Source: Candidatus Latescibacterota bacterium
Lineage (GTDB): Bacteria; Latescibacterota; UBA2968; UBA8231
NCBI GenBank assembly: GCA_965203355.1
Contig: OZ241889.1
Span: forward strand, 3,840,001 to 3,904,000
Length of the DNA: 64,000 bases
Reading direction: 5' to 3'
Shown: piece by piece, positions 31,433 to 42,196 of the stretch
Position numbering within the stretch: the stretch's first letter is position 1
Layout of the letters: each line of letters starts with the position of its first letter
Made by a program: the position numbers and the translations under genes
The notes under the pieces: model-generated
The model's input: only the letters and a program-made list of their open reading frames with translations
Database searches by the model: none
What the model was told of the DNA's origin: nothing

Positions 31433-34400
31433 ATGGACCTCCCACCCCTTCTCGCATCCCTAGCCGCGCTGCGCCGCCGCGCCCTGGGCCTAACCATATG
31501 CTCTACACTGACCTTGGTCCTAGCGGCCGGCTTGGCGTTTGCCCTACTGTGGGTCCTGCTCGAAGCCCTGTTATTCCTCTCGCCGCCTTGGCGCACGGGC
31601 TTGGGCCTCTTGGCACTTTTGGCGACCTCGGGTGTGCTGGCATTTGCTCTCAAGCGCCACGTACCCGTTCTCCTCTCGCAGCACCGCTTCGCCCTCTTTG
31701 TCGAAAGGCGCTGTCCCCCGCTCCAACAGCGGCTGATTAGCGCGCTAGAGCTATCTGGCACCGACCCAGCCCTTCACTCGCCCGCGCTGCTTGCCGCCAC
31801 GAGCGAACGGGCCGCCCAGCTTTTGCGGGCCGCCGATCCGGCCCAAATTCTCGACCGTCGGCCACTCCATGCCTACCTGCGCCTACTCGGCGGCGCAGTG
31901 GCGGTCGCGCTACTCTGCAGCACCCTGTTTGGCGACGACCTCGCCCAAGCAGCCCAGCGCTGTGCCCATCCCCTCACCGCGTATGAGCGGCCGCCGCGCA
32001 CCCTGATCACCGTCCAGCCCGGCGACCTCGAAGTCATCAAGGGCGACGACGCCACCCTGCAAGTGCATTTTGCCGGCGACAAGCCGCGTCGCGCCCACCT
32101 CGTGCGCCGCCCGAGCCCAGCAGCACCCTACCAGACCGAAGAACTCGTAGTCGATCGCGCCGACTCGGTCACCTACACCTTTCCCCAAGTCCAGCAGTCC
32201 TTCCGCTACGCCATCGCAGTCGGCGACGACCGCTCGCCCGAATACGAGGTGCGCGTCATCAACCCGCCAGCCGTCAAGCGCTTGCGCCTGCACTATCAGT
32301 ATCCAGCGTACAGCGAGCTATCCGACCGCATCGAAGAGGAAGGCGGCGACATCGAGGGCCTGCCCGGCACCCGCGTCGCCCTCGAAATCGCGGCCAACAA
32401 ACCGCTGTCCAAGGCCACCTTGGTCCTCGACGACACCTTGTCAATTGCCGCTCAACTCGATGGCGCGACAGCGCGCGTCGCCTTCCAAATTGAGCGCCCG
32501 GGGGCGTACCACATCGCCCTCGTCGATCGCAAGGGCGCGACAAACCGCGACCCCATCCGCTACGCCATCCAAGTGCGCGAAGACCAAAAACCAGTAGTCG
32601 CCCTCGTCGATCCCGGCCGCGATAGCGACCTGCCCGAATCCCTCAAGGTACTGCTCAAGGCCGAGGCCAGCGACGACTTTTCCGTCGAGGAAATCGCCTT
32701 GGTCTATCGAGTCAACAGCGGCTCCGAGCAGCGCCTATCTTTGCCCATCAGCCCCCAGCGCGAGGTACTCATCCAGCACATCTGGGATCTCTCAGCCGCC
32801 AACCTCTTGCCCGAAGACCGCATCTACTACCACTTAGAAGCCCTCGACAACAATCAAGTGGCCGGTCCGCAACAGGGTCAGAGCCGCCAGTACGTGCTGC
32901 GCTTCCCCTCTCTGTACGAACTCTACTCAGAGGCCGACCAAGCCCAAGGCGAACAACTATCCTCCTTGGAGGAACTCGCAGCCAAAGGCCAGGCTCATCA
33001 GGAGTACATCGAGCGGGTGCGCCGCGAATTGCTCAAAAGCGAGGAACTGAGTTGGGAGCAAAAAAAGGAACTCGAAGCAACGCTCAAAGCCGAGGCCGAG
33101 CGCACCCGCGCCGTAGAAGAACTCGCGGCAGAACTGGAGAAAACCGTCCATGCCATGCAGGACGAGGGCACGGGCACCGCAGAACTGCTCGACAAGCTCG
33201 ACCACATCCGCGCACTCATGGGCGACATCGCCACCCCGGAAATGCAGCAAGCCCTCGCCGAGCTGCAAAAAGCCGCCAGCAACCCAGACCCTCGAGTCCT
33301 GGCCGAAGCCCTCAAGCGCTTTAACGAAGACCAGCAAGCCTTCCAGCAACGGCTCGACCGCACCATTGCCCTGCTCGAACAGTTGCGCACCGAGCAACAG
33401 TTGCGCGCCATCGTCGAGCAAGCCGCGGAACTAGCCCGTCGCCAGAGCCAGATCAACCGCGAGTTAGCGGACGGCCAGAGCGGCCTGCGCCAGCAACTAC
33501 AGGAAGGCAGTTTGCAGCGCGACACCGAGCGACTCGCCGACCAACTCCAAGACCTAAGCGCATCCACGTCCGAGCAAAATCCCGCGCTCGCGGACCAGCT
33601 AGCGCGCCGCGCCGAGGACCTAGCGCGCAAAGCACTCCCCGAGCGGATGCGTCAGATGGTGCGTCAAATGCGGGCCAAATCCCCCAGTGCGGCTCAGCAG
33701 AGCGGACAGGCGCTGGCCGCCGACCTCAACGCGCTCGCCGAGGACTTGCAGCAGCTCCAAGACGAATATCTCGCCGCCGAAAAAGACCAACTCAGCCGCA
33801 AGCTGCGCCGCGCCATGCGCGACCTCGTCCAACTATCCCAACGCCAAGAGAACCTGTTCGCCGACGCCCGCGCCCAAGACCAATTCGCGCTCATGCAAGG
33901 CACCAGTCAGGTCGTGGAGCACATCGCTGAAGTGGGTCGGCGCACCCTGGCCCTCGCCCCGGAGTTGAGCGCGACCGTTGGCTACGCTCTGCGCGATATG
34001 CGCGACGCCGCCCAGCACCTCGGCCAGCGCGACGTGCAAGGGGCCCACCATTTCCAGCGCAAGGCCATGCGCTATCTCAATGAGACCGTGCTCCTCCTGC
34101 GCGAGAGCCTCGACAACCTCGCCAAGGCGCAGACCCCTTCGGCCTTTGCCGAGGCCATGCAGCAGCTACTCGACCTCTCCGAGCAGCAAGGCCAGCTCAA
34201 CCAAGCCTCCGAGCAAGCCATGGGCCAGATGCCGGGGTCTGCGCTCCAGCGGCAAATAGCGAGCCTCAGCACCCAACAGCAGGGCCTCATGCAGGCCCTC
34301 GACGAGATCGCCCGCTCGCTGCGCGGGCACCGAGGAGCGCGACAGCGCGTGCAAGCCATCCAAGACGAGATGCGGGACGTGCTCGCCGACTTGCAGCGCG

Positions 34401-34696
34401 GGCGACTCTCCCAGCGCACGCGGCAAAATCAGGAGCGCATCTATCAGCGTATGCTCGACGCCAGCCGCTCCATCCACAGCCGCGGTTTTGACGAAAAGCG
34501 GCGCAGCATCACAGCCACCGACCAGCCCTACGCCGGCCCAACTACCCTGCTCACCGATCGCGGCCAGACACCCGACCTGTGGCGCGAGGCCCTGCGCCAA
34601 GCGCTCACCGGCCCCTATCCCGAGGAGTACCGCGCCTTGCTCCGGCACTACTACGACCAAATCTACCAAGACCTGCAAGCACGCGAAGCCCCATGA
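31433..34696 (+). CDS. DUF4175-like large membrane-anchored protein (Ig-like domains + long Gln-rich coiled coil)
   Basis: N-terminal TMs, RLISALEL, EASDDF, YHLEALDN, PEEYRALLRHYY C-terminus. Confidence 0.65.
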   Translation: MDLPPLLASLAALRRRALGLTICSTLTLVLAAGLAFALLWVLLEALLFLSPPWRTGLGLLALLATSGVLAFALKRHVPVLLSQHRFALFVERRCPPLQQRLISALELSGTDPALHSPALLAATSERAAQLLRAADPAQILDRRPLHAYLRLLGGAVAVALLCSTLFGDDLAQAAQRCAHPLTAYERPPRTLITVQPGDLEVIKGDDATLQVHFAGDKPRRAHLVRRPSPAAPYQTEELVVDRADSVTYTFPQVQQSFRYAIAVGDDRSPEYEVRVINPPAVKRLRLHYQYPAYSELSDRIEEEGGDIEGLPGTRVALEIAANKPLSKATLVLDDTLSIAAQLDGATARVAFQIERPGAYHIALVDRKGATNRDPIRYAIQVREDQKPVVALVDPGRDSDLPESLKVLLKAEASDDFSVEEIALVYRVNSGSEQRLSLPISPQREVLIQHIWDLSAANLLPEDRIYYHLEALDNNQVAGPQQGQSRQYVLRFPSLYELYSEADQAQGEQLSSLEELAAKGQAHQEYIERVRRELLKSEELSWEQKKELEATLKAEAERTRAVEELAAELEKTVHAMQDEGTGTAELLDKLDHIRALMGDIATPEMQQALAELQKAASNPDPRVLAEALKRFNEDQQAFQQRLDRTIALLEQLRTEQQLRAIVEQAAELARRQSQINRELADGQSGLRQQLQEGSLQRDTERLADQLQDLSASTSEQNPALADQLARRAEDLARKALPERMRQMVRQMRAKSPSAAQQSGQALAADLNALAEDLQQLQDEYLAAEKDQLSRKLRRAMRDLVQLSQRQENLFADARAQDQFALMQGTSQVVEHIAEVGRRTLALAPELSATVGYALRDMRDAAQHLGQRDVQGAHHFQRKAMRYLNETVLLLRESLDNLAKAQTPSAFAEAMQQLLDLSEQQGQLNQASEQAMGQMPGSALQRQIASLSTQQQGLMQALDEIARSLRGHRGARQRVQAIQDEMRDVLADLQRGRLSQRTRQNQERIYQRMLDASRSIHSRGFDEKRRSITATDQPYAGPTTLLTDRGQTPDLWREALRQALTGPYPEEYRALLRHYYDQIYQDLQAREAP

Positions 34697-35511
34697 AAAT
34701 ACCCGCCCTCATCGGCGCCCTCAGTCTGTGGAGTGCCGCCGCCGCCGCTGATCTGCAAACGCAAGTCGCACAAGCGCGTCTCTTGCTAGCGGACGACGCC
34801 CAAGGTGCTTGCCGCGCCCTGCAAGCAGTAGTCGAAGCGCCGCAGCGCGGGCCGTGGACCGAGCCGGCCCTAACGCTATTTGCCGAGTGCAGCCTGCGTC
34901 TCGGCGCGTTAGACCGGGCCGACCGCTTGTGGGCCGATTTGGCCAAGCGCGGCGGCCCGGCCGCGTACGCCGCGCGCTACCACCGCGCCGAACTGCTCTA
35001 TTTCCGCGGCGACTTTGCGGCGGCCACCGCCGCCTTGGCCGCGCTGGCCGCCGCCGATCCAAGCCATGCTTTCGCCAACGATGCCCTCGCCCTACTCGCG
35101 GTCTGCGAGGAGTACGAAGCGTCCGATGGGCTCGCCGATCTCAGCCGCGCTCAGTTGCTAGAGCGCCAAGGACAGAGCACTGCGGCCGTCGCGCACTGGG
35201 CTGCACTCGAAGATGGGGCTGAGCCAGGGCTCGCCGAGTGGAGCTTGCTCAGCCGCGCCGAGCTACGCGCACGACAAGATCGTCTCGACGAGGCCATGGC
35301 CCTGTACCAGCGGCAAATCGCGCGCTTCCCCCAAGGCGAGCACATCGTCGCCGCCCATCTCGGCCTAGCCGCGCTCTACGAGCACCAAGGCGCGATTGAA
35401 CAAGCTCTCAAAACCTACGAGACCGCGCTCCTCCAGCACCCGCAAGACGCCCGCGCCCCCCAAGTGCGCCTGCACATCGAGCGGCTCCGTCACCTACGCG
35501 AAAGCGGCTGA
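34693..35511 (+). CDS. TPR-repeat secreted protein
   Basis: Signal peptide, helical repeats, ANDAL motif. Confidence 0.7.
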   Translation: MKIPALIGALSLWSAAAAADLQTQVAQARLLLADDAQGACRALQAVVEAPQRGPWTEPALTLFAECSLRLGALDRADRLWADLAKRGGPAAYAARYHRAELLYFRGDFAAATAALAALAAADPSHAFANDALALLAVCEEYEASDGLADLSRAQLLERQGQSTAAVAHWAALEDGAEPGLAEWSLLSRAELRARQDRLDEAMALYQRQIARFPQGEHIVAAHLGLAALYEHQGAIEQALKTYETALLQHPQDARAPQVRLHIERLRHLRESG

Positions 35512-35515
35512 TCCC

Positions 35516-36775
35516 ATGCCCATCCTCTTTGCCCTAGCCCTGGGTATTCTCGCCCTGCTCCCGGCCCGCGCCGAGCAGATCCTCGTGCCCATGGACACCT
35601 CCCAGCGCGACCATCTCCGAGCCTACGGCCTCGCTTTCTGGACCTTGGAGCGCGGCATTCCGGTCGAGTGGCTGCTCAACTACCGCGGCGGCTCATTCCT
35701 CGTCGCAGCACACGCCCTCATCGCCAGCGAAGCCACCCTGCGCGGCATCAGCACCGAGCGCATCTCCGCGGGCCAAGCCGCCCAGCTCTACGCGGAGATC
35801 GACGCCTCCAACATGGAAGTCGTGCGGTTGGAAAAGGTGCCGAAGATCGCCGTGTACACACCTCCCAACAAACAGCCCTGGGACGACGCCGTGACCCTCG
35901 CGCTGGAATACGCCCAAATTGACTACGAAAAAATCTGGGACGACGAAGTGCTCCAAGGCGCACTCGCCGACTACGATTGGCTACACTTGCACCACGAGGA
36001 TTTCACCGGCCAGTACGGCAAGTTCTATGGCTCCTACAGCAATCAGGCTTGGTACCGCGAGCAGCAAGCCTCGTACGAGCAGATGGCACGCCGCCTCGGC
36101 TACGCCAAGGTCTCCGAACAAAAGAAGGCCGTAGTCGTCAAAATCTACGAGTACATGGCCGCGGGCGGCTTCCTCTTCGCCATGTGCTCGGCCACCGACA
36201 CCTTTGACATCGCCCTCGCCGCGCTCAACGTGGATATTTGCCATGCCGTCTTCGACGGCGACCCCGCCGACCCCGACGCCCAAGCCAAACTCGACTTCAG
36301 CCGCACCGTGGCCTTTGAAAACTTCGTCCTCAAAACCAATCCGCTCGTGTACGAATTCTCAACCATCGACACCACGCCAGACGACATGCGCCGGGTCCGC
36401 ACGGCCGAGGCCGAGTATTTCACGCTGTTTGAGTTTTCTGCCAAATACGACCCGGTGCCGACGATGCTCACTCAGTGCCACACCAACATCGTCGATGGCT
36501 TCCTCGGCCAGACCACGGCCTTCCGCCAGGCACTGATCAAGGACTCGGTCATCCTCCTCGGCCAAGAAGAAGGCACCGACAGCGTCAAGTACATCCACGG
36601 CCGCGTCGGCAAGGGCACCTTCACCTTCTACGCCGGCCACGACCCAGAAGACCACAAGCACCACGTCCACGACCCGCCGACCAACCTCGCCCTGCATCCC
36701 AACTCGCCTGGTTATCGGCTCATTCTGAACAACGTGCTCTTCCCAGCGGCCAAGAAAAAGGAGCGCAAGACCTGA
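35516..36775 (+). CDS. Conserved secreted protein (FCB-group family often labelled 'asparagine synthetase B')
   Basis: HLRAYG, WLLNYRGGSF, QPWDDAVTL, HHEDFTGQYGKF, GHDPED, NSPGYRLILNN. Confidence 0.65.
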   Translation: MPILFALALGILALLPARAEQILVPMDTSQRDHLRAYGLAFWTLERGIPVEWLLNYRGGSFLVAAHALIASEATLRGISTERISAGQAAQLYAEIDASNMEVVRLEKVPKIAVYTPPNKQPWDDAVTLALEYAQIDYEKIWDDEVLQGALADYDWLHLHHEDFTGQYGKFYGSYSNQAWYREQQASYEQMARRLGYAKVSEQKKAVVVKIYEYMAAGGFLFAMCSATDTFDIALAALNVDICHAVFDGDPADPDAQAKLDFSRTVAFENFVLKTNPLVYEFSTIDTTPDDMRRVRTAEAEYFTLFEFSAKYDPVPTMLTQCHTNIVDGFLGQTTAFRQALIKDSVILLGQEEGTDSVKYIHGRVGKGTFTFYAGHDPEDHKHHVHDPPTNLALHPNSPGYRLILNNVLFPAAKKKERKT

Positions 36776-36831
36776 GATGGTCGAAGCGCTGTTATTCACC
36801 TTCAGCAACCCATCCTCCTGAAAGGAAGTAC

Positions 36832-37821
36832 ATGTCAGACACCGAGGCTGTCGAACAACTCGGCCCAATCAGGGACCGCATCTACGGCGAGATCGGCCAA
36901 GTCGTTATCGGCCAGAAGCAGGTCGTCGAGGAACTGCTCATCGCCTTGCTCGCTGGCGGCCACTGCCTGCTGGTAGGCGTGCCTGGCTTGGCCAAAACCA
37001 CGCTCATTCAAACCCTCGCCCGCACCCTGGATCTTTCCTTTGGCCGCATCCAGTTCACCCCGGACCTGATGCCCTCGGACATCACCGGCACTGAAGTACT
37101 CGAAGAGGACATCGACACGGGCCGCAAAGCCTTTCGCTTCATCCGCGGCCCCCTATTTGCCAACGTCATCCTCGCCGACGAAATCAACCGCACACCGCCC
37201 AAGACTCAAGCAGCCCTGCTCCAAGCCATGCAGGAACACGCGGTCACGGCGGCTGGCGAGACGATGCGGCTCAGCGAGCCATTCTTCGTCCTGGCCACCC
37301 AAAACCCCATCGAGCAGGAAGGAACCTACCCCCTCCCCGAAGCCCAGCTCGACCGCTTTATCTTCGAGCTGTGGATCGACTATCCGAGCGACCGCGAGGA
37401 AGAAGACATCGTCCGCGCCACCACCAGCGTCGCCCAAGCCACCATCAGCCAAGTCGTCAATGCCGAGCAGATCATTGAGCTGCAACAGCTCGTGCGGCGA
37501 GTACCTGTGGCCGATCACTGCGTCCGCTACGCCGTCTCGCTGGTGCGCTCCTCCCGGCCCGGGGATGCCCAAGCACCGGATTACATCCGCGAAATGGTCC
37601 GTTGGGGCGCTGGGCCGCGTGCCTCCCAGTACTTGGTCTTGGCGGCCAAAGCGCGGGCCATTCTCGCCGGCCGGCACTCAGTCGCCATTGAGGACATCCG
37701 CGCCGTAGCCCGGCCCGTGATGCGTCACCGCCTGGTCGTCAACTTCCACGCCGAAGCGCAAAACATCAGCGCGGTCGGCCTGATCCAACGCCTACTCGCC
37801 GACGTGGAGCCCGCATCCTGA
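36832..37821 (+). CDS. MoxR-family AAA+ ATPase
   Basis: GVPGLAKT, QFTPDLMPSD, DEINR, QNPIEQEGTYPLPEAQLDRF. Confidence 0.95.
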   Translation: MSDTEAVEQLGPIRDRIYGEIGQVVIGQKQVVEELLIALLAGGHCLLVGVPGLAKTTLIQTLARTLDLSFGRIQFTPDLMPSDITGTEVLEEDIDTGRKAFRFIRGPLFANVILADEINRTPPKTQAALLQAMQEHAVTAAGETMRLSEPFFVLATQNPIEQEGTYPLPEAQLDRFIFELWIDYPSDREEEDIVRATTSVAQATISQVVNAEQIIELQQLVRRVPVADHCVRYAVSLVRSSRPGDAQAPDYIREMVRWGAGPRASQYLVLAAKARAILAGRHSVAIEDIRAVARPVMRHRLVVNFHAEAQNISAVGLIQRLLADVEPAS

Positions 37822-37822
37822 C

Positions 37823-38722
37823 GTGAGCGAAACCGCCTCCTACCTCCAGCCAGAAACCATTTCGCGCCTCGCGCGCCTCGACCTGATTGCGCGCCTCGTG
37901 GTCGAAGGCTTTATCACGGGCTTGCACCGCAGCCCGTACCACGGCTTCTCGGTCGAATTTTCCGAGCACCGTCCCTATATGCCGGGCGATCCCCTGCGCG
38001 ACCTCGATTGGAAGGCCTACGCCAAATCCGACCGCCTGTACGTCAAACAGTACGAAGAAGAAACCAATCTCAAAGCCTATCTGCTGCTCGACGTGTCCGG
38101 CTCCATGGACTTTGCGGCCGGCGCACCGCTGAGCAAGTTTCGCTACGCCGCCTCTTTGGCGGCCGCGCTAGCTTACCTCGCGCTCAAGCAGCGCGACGCA
38201 GTCGGCCTGCTGCTCTATCACCACCAGACCGAGGCGTACGTGCCGCCGCGCTCGGTGCAAAGCCACCTCCAAGTGCTCCTCAAGACCATCGACCAAGCGA
38301 GGCCGCACCACGAGACGAGCATGGCCCCGGCCTTCCACGATCTCGCCGAGCGCATCCGCCGCCGCGGCCTCGTCATCGTGCTCTCCGACCTACTCGACGC
38401 GCCCGACCAAGTACTCGAAGGGCTGCGCCACTTCCGCCACTTGCGGCACGAAGTGATCGTCTTCCACCTGCTCGACCCCCGCGAGCGCGATCTCGCTTTC
38501 CGCGACCAGACCCGCTTTTACGACCTCGAGGACCCAGACCAAACCCTCACCACCCAACCTTGGCACATCCAGCACGAATACCGCGCGCTGATGGACGAGC
38601 TGATCCAAACCTATCGGCTCGGGTGCGCCGAGGCCGGCATCGACTACGCCCTGCTCGACACGGCGACCCGGTTTGACGTGGCCCTATCGCGCTACTTAGC
38701 ACAGCGCAAAAAAATGGGCTAA
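37823..38722 (+). CDS. DUF58 (VWA-like) protein
   Basis: GFSVEFSEHRPY.PGD, DWK, DVSGSM, VLSD. Confidence 0.9.
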   Translation: MSETASYLQPETISRLARLDLIARLVVEGFITGLHRSPYHGFSVEFSEHRPYMPGDPLRDLDWKAYAKSDRLYVKQYEEETNLKAYLLLDVSGSMDFAAGAPLSKFRYAASLAAALAYLALKQRDAVGLLLYHHQTEAYVPPRSVQSHLQVLLKTIDQARPHHETSMAPAFHDLAERIRRRGLVIVLSDLLDAPDQVLEGLRHFRHLRHEVIVFHLLDPRERDLAFRDQTRFYDLEDPDQTLTTQPWHIQHEYRALMDELIQTYRLGCAEAGIDYALLDTATRFDVALSRYLAQRKKMG

Positions 38723-38737
38723 TCGCCGCCCGTCCCG

Positions 38738-38769
38738 AAACTTGACTTTTTTGTACAGATTCCTAAGTT
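38738..38769 (+). promoter_or_regulatory. Probable suf promoter / Rrf2 operator
   Basis: AAACTTGACT...TAAGTT; AAACTTGAC recurs upstream of sufC. Confidence 0.45.
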
Positions 38770-38801
38770 CTTGAAGTTATACTTATATACAAGGAGCCAA
38801 C

Positions 38802-40265
38802 ATGAGCGAAAGCACTCAAACCCTAGAGCAATTTGCCCAGCGCGATTACGAGTGGGGATTCGTCACCGACGTGGAAGCCGACGAGGCCCCGCCCGGCCTC
38901 AACGAGGAGATCATCCGCTTCATCTCCGCCAAAAAGAACGAGCCTGAGTTCATGCTCGAATGGCGGCTCAAAGCCTATCGCCGCTGGCTCACCATGGAGG
39001 ATCCAACGCGCCGCAAACAGAGCCAGCGCTGGGCCATGGTCCACTACCCCGACATCAACTACCAAGACATCGTGTACTACTCGGCCCCCAAGAAGAAACA
39101 GCTCGACAGCCTCGACGAGGTCGATCCCGAAATTCTGGCCACGTACCAAAAGCTGGGCATCCCGCTCGAAGAGCAGAAAATGCTCGCTGGTGTGGCCGTA
39201 GATGCCGTCTTCGACAGCGTCTCGGTGGCCACCACATTCAAGGATAAGCTGGCCGCCTTGGGCATCGTCTTCTGCTCCATGTCCGAAGCCATCCACAATC
39301 ACCCTGAGCTCGTGCAAAAGTACCTCGGCTCGGTCGTGCCCTACACCGACAATTTCTTCGCCACCCTCAACTCCGCGGTTTTTACCGACGGCTCTTTCGT
39401 GTACGTGCCGCCGGGCGTGCGTTGCCCCATGGAGCTATCGACGTATTTCCGCATCAACGCGGCGAACACCGGCCAATTCGAGCGCACCTTGGTCATCGCC
39501 GACGAGGGGGCGTATGTCAGCTATCTCGAAGGCTGCACAGCGCCCATGCGCGACGAAAACCAGCTCCACGCGGCCGTCGTCGAACTCGTGGCCCTCGGCG
39601 ACGCCCAGATCAAGTACTCCACTGTGCAGAACTGGTATCCCGGCGACGACGAGGGCAAAGGCGGAATCTACAACTTCGTCACCAAGCGCGGCGCGTGTCG
39701 CGGCGACCGCTCCAAGATCTCGTGGACCCAAGTCGAGACCGGCTCGGCCATCACCTGGAAGTACCCTAGCTGCATCCTCCAGGGCGATCACTCGGTCGGC
39801 GAATTTTACTCGGTGGCCGTCACCGCCAAGCGGCAGCAGGCCGACACCGGCACCAAGATGCATCACATCGGCAAAAACACCCGCAGCACCATTGTCTCCA
39901 AAGGCATTTCGGCCCAGCGCGGCCAAAACACCTATCGCGGCAAGGTGCAGGTGCTCAAAAACGCGACCGGCGCGCGCAATTTCACTCAGTGCGATTCCAT
40001 GCTCATCGGCGACCAATGCGGCGCGCATACCTTTCCCTACATCGAGGTCCGCAATCCCACCGCCCACGTCGAGCACGAGGCATCCACCTCCAAAATCGGC
40101 GAGGACCAGATTTTCTACTGCAACCAGCGCGGGCTTTCCACGGAAGACGCCATCTCCATGATCGTCAACGGCTTCTGCAAGGAAGTCCTCGCCGAGCTGC
40201 CGATGGAGTTCGCCGTCGAAGCGCAAAAGCTGCTCGGCATCAGCCTAGAGGGCAGCGTCGGGTAG
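38802..40265 (+). CDS. sufB: Fe-S cluster assembly protein SufB
   Basis: [38 protein letters not shown]. Confidence 0.97.
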   Translation: MSESTQTLEQFAQRDYEWGFVTDVEADEAPPGLNEEIIRFISAKKNEPEFMLEWRLKAYRRWLTMEDPTRRKQSQRWAMVHYPDINYQDIVYYSAPKKKQLDSLDEVDPEILATYQKLGIPLEEQKMLAGVAVDAVFDSVSVATTFKDKLAALGIVFCSMSEAIHNHPELVQKYLGSVVPYTDNFFATLNSAVFTDGSFVYVPPGVRCPMELSTYFRINAANTGQFERTLVIADEGAYVSYLEGCTAPMRDENQLHAAVVELVALGDAQIKYSTVQNWYPGDDEGKGGIYNFVTKRGACRGDRSKISWTQVETGSAITWKYPSCILQGDHSVGEFYSVAVTAKRQQADTGTKMHHIGKNTRSTIVSKGISAQRGQNTYRGKVQVLKNATGARNFTQCDSMLIGDQCGAHTFPYIEVRNPTAHVEHEASTSKIGEDQIFYCNQRGLSTEDAISMIVNGFCKEVLAELPMEFAVEAQKLLGISLEGSVG

Positions 40266-40324
40266 ATGAGTCAGACTTAATTCGTTGTGGATCGCCCTTG
40301 ACCAACGCCATAAGAGGTTGAACC

Positions 40325-41326
40325 ATGTCCAGCACCATCCCATACCAAGAGCACACCACCGAACCGGTCGATCTAGCGGAAGAAGAGGTGCCCACCATTG
40401 TGTTGCCCAATGGCGATCGGTTGGAGTTCCCCGGCTGCCGCGCCTACAAAATGTCCCGGTCCGAATTAGAAGAGTACGAGGGCCGCTATGAGTATTGGTA
40501 TGGTCCAACCGAAACCCTCATCGTCGTGGCCGACGAGCCCAGAGTCAGCGGGGACCACGAACTGCCCGCGCCCTATCTGATGCAACTAGTGCAACAAATT
40601 GCCGACGAGTGCGGGGCGCACTTTGTCCCCTTTGGCACGGTCAGCATCTGGAGTGCAAATGTCGAAGGCGTCCCTCGGGTCGCCATGCGTCCAGATCAGT
40701 GTCTTTACTTGCGTCCCCAGTCGGCGCGATTGCCCGACAAGAACGGGTTGAAGTTGGGCTTTCACACCTTGCCCGATGTGGTGTTGGAAGTCGATCACAC
40801 GACCGACATTCGGCGAGGAAAGCTGCATCAGTATGCGTTGTGGGGCTTTCCCGAAGTGTGGGTCGAAGTCCCCGAGGCGTACACGCCTAGCCGACGGGCC
40901 GGCAAGCCTCGATTGACGATCTATGTATTGGAAGGCAGTCAATACCGCGAAGCAGAAGCGAGCCGGGCGTTGGCGGGTTGGACGGCTAAAGAAATACACC
41001 GGGCACTCAACGAGCGGTTGAGGTGTTCGCCTGAGACGATAGCGGCACTGTTGCGGGTGGCGCGGGCACTAACGGCGCGTTTAGGCACGGCTGGTCCTGA
41101 AGGTACGCTGCGCTTGCGAATGCACCGTGAAGAAGGGCGTGAAGAAGGCAAACGAGATTTGTTGTGTCAGCAAGCGGCGTTGCGTTTCGGCGAGGATGTG
41201 GCCAAGGATCTGGCGGTGTTGCTCGCAGCCGTGTCGGGTGAAAACCTGACGCACGTGGGCGGCTGGATCGTAACGTCCCACAACGGAGATGAACTGCTCG
41301 GCCGAGTGCGCGAGAATGGGGCCTAG
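40325..41326 (+). CDS. Uma2 (DUF820) PD-(D/E)xK-family protein with C-terminal EEGREEG/DUF4351-like tail
   Basis: RPDQCLY, LPDVVLEVDHTTD, Y...GFPEVW, REEGREEG...RFG. Confidence 0.75.
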   Translation: MSSTIPYQEHTTEPVDLAEEEVPTIVLPNGDRLEFPGCRAYKMSRSELEEYEGRYEYWYGPTETLIVVADEPRVSGDHELPAPYLMQLVQQIADECGAHFVPFGTVSIWSANVEGVPRVAMRPDQCLYLRPQSARLPDKNGLKLGFHTLPDVVLEVDHTTDIRRGKLHQYALWGFPEVWVEVPEAYTPSRRAGKPRLTIYVLEGSQYREAEASRALAGWTAKEIHRALNERLRCSPETIAALLRVARALTARLGTAGPEGTLRLRMHREEGREEGKRDLLCQQAALRFGEDVAKDLAVLLAAVSGENLTHVGGWIVTSHNGDELLGRVRENGA

Positions 41327-41446
41327 CTTGGCATTGATTTTGAATAAAATGTGGCCACCTACATAAACTTGACAAGTCCATCAACTTAGGCTCAAAGAAG
41401 AGCTACATTTATCCGCCCAACAATCAACTCTAACCGAAAGTGCCCT

Positions 41447-42196
41447 ATGCTCCACATCGAAAACCTCCACGTCGCCGTTGAAGACACCCCCATCCTGCGC
41501 GGTGTCACGCTGGCAGTACAACCCGGCCAAGTCCACGCCATTATGGGCCCCAACGGCTCGGGCAAAAGCACCCTCGCGCAAGTCCTCGCGGGCCGCGAAG
41601 GCTACGACATCACCGCCGGATCGGTCACCTACTGCGGCCAAGACCTGCTCGAACTCGCGCCGGAAGAACGGGCGTGTGCCGGGCTGTTTCTCGCCTTTCA
41701 GTACCCAGTGGAAATTCCCGGCGTCAACTCCACGTATTTCCTCCGCCAGAGCTACAACGAACTGCGCAAGCAACGCGGCGAGGAAGAACTCGACGCCATC
41801 GACTTTCTCGGCCTAATCCGCGAAAAGCTCGCCTTAGTGGAAATGGACGAGAGCTTCCTCAAGCGGTCGGTCAACGAAGGCTTTTCTGGCGGCGAAAAAA
41901 AGCGCCACGAAATTTTGCAAATGGCCGTATTGGAACCCAAGCTGTCGATCCTCGACGAGACCGACTCCGGCCTCGACATTGACGCGCTGCGGATCGTCGC
42001 CCAAGGCGTCAATCAGCTTCACACCCCGGACAAAGCCGTCGTCGTCGTCACCCACTACCAGCGCCTGCTCAACCACATAGTCCCGGACTTCGTCCACGTG
42101 CTCTACGAGGGGCGCATCGTTCAGTCGGGCGGCAAAGAGTTGGCGCTGACGCTTGAGGAAAAGGGGTACGACTGGGTCAAGGAGCAAGCAGCATGA
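41447..42196 (+). CDS. sufC: Fe-S cluster assembly ATPase SufC
   Basis: GPNGSGKST, FSGGEKKR, LDETDSGLDID, THYQRLL. Confidence 0.97.
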   Translation: MLHIENLHVAVEDTPILRGVTLAVQPGQVHAIMGPNGSGKSTLAQVLAGREGYDITAGSVTYCGQDLLELAPEERACAGLFLAFQYPVEIPGVNSTYFLRQSYNELRKQRGEEELDAIDFLGLIREKLALVEMDESFLKRSVNEGFSGGEKKRHEILQMAVLEPKLSILDETDSGLDIDALRIVAQGVNQLHTPDKAVVVVTHYQRLLNHIVPDFVHVLYEGRIVQSGGKELALTLEEKGYDWVKEQAA

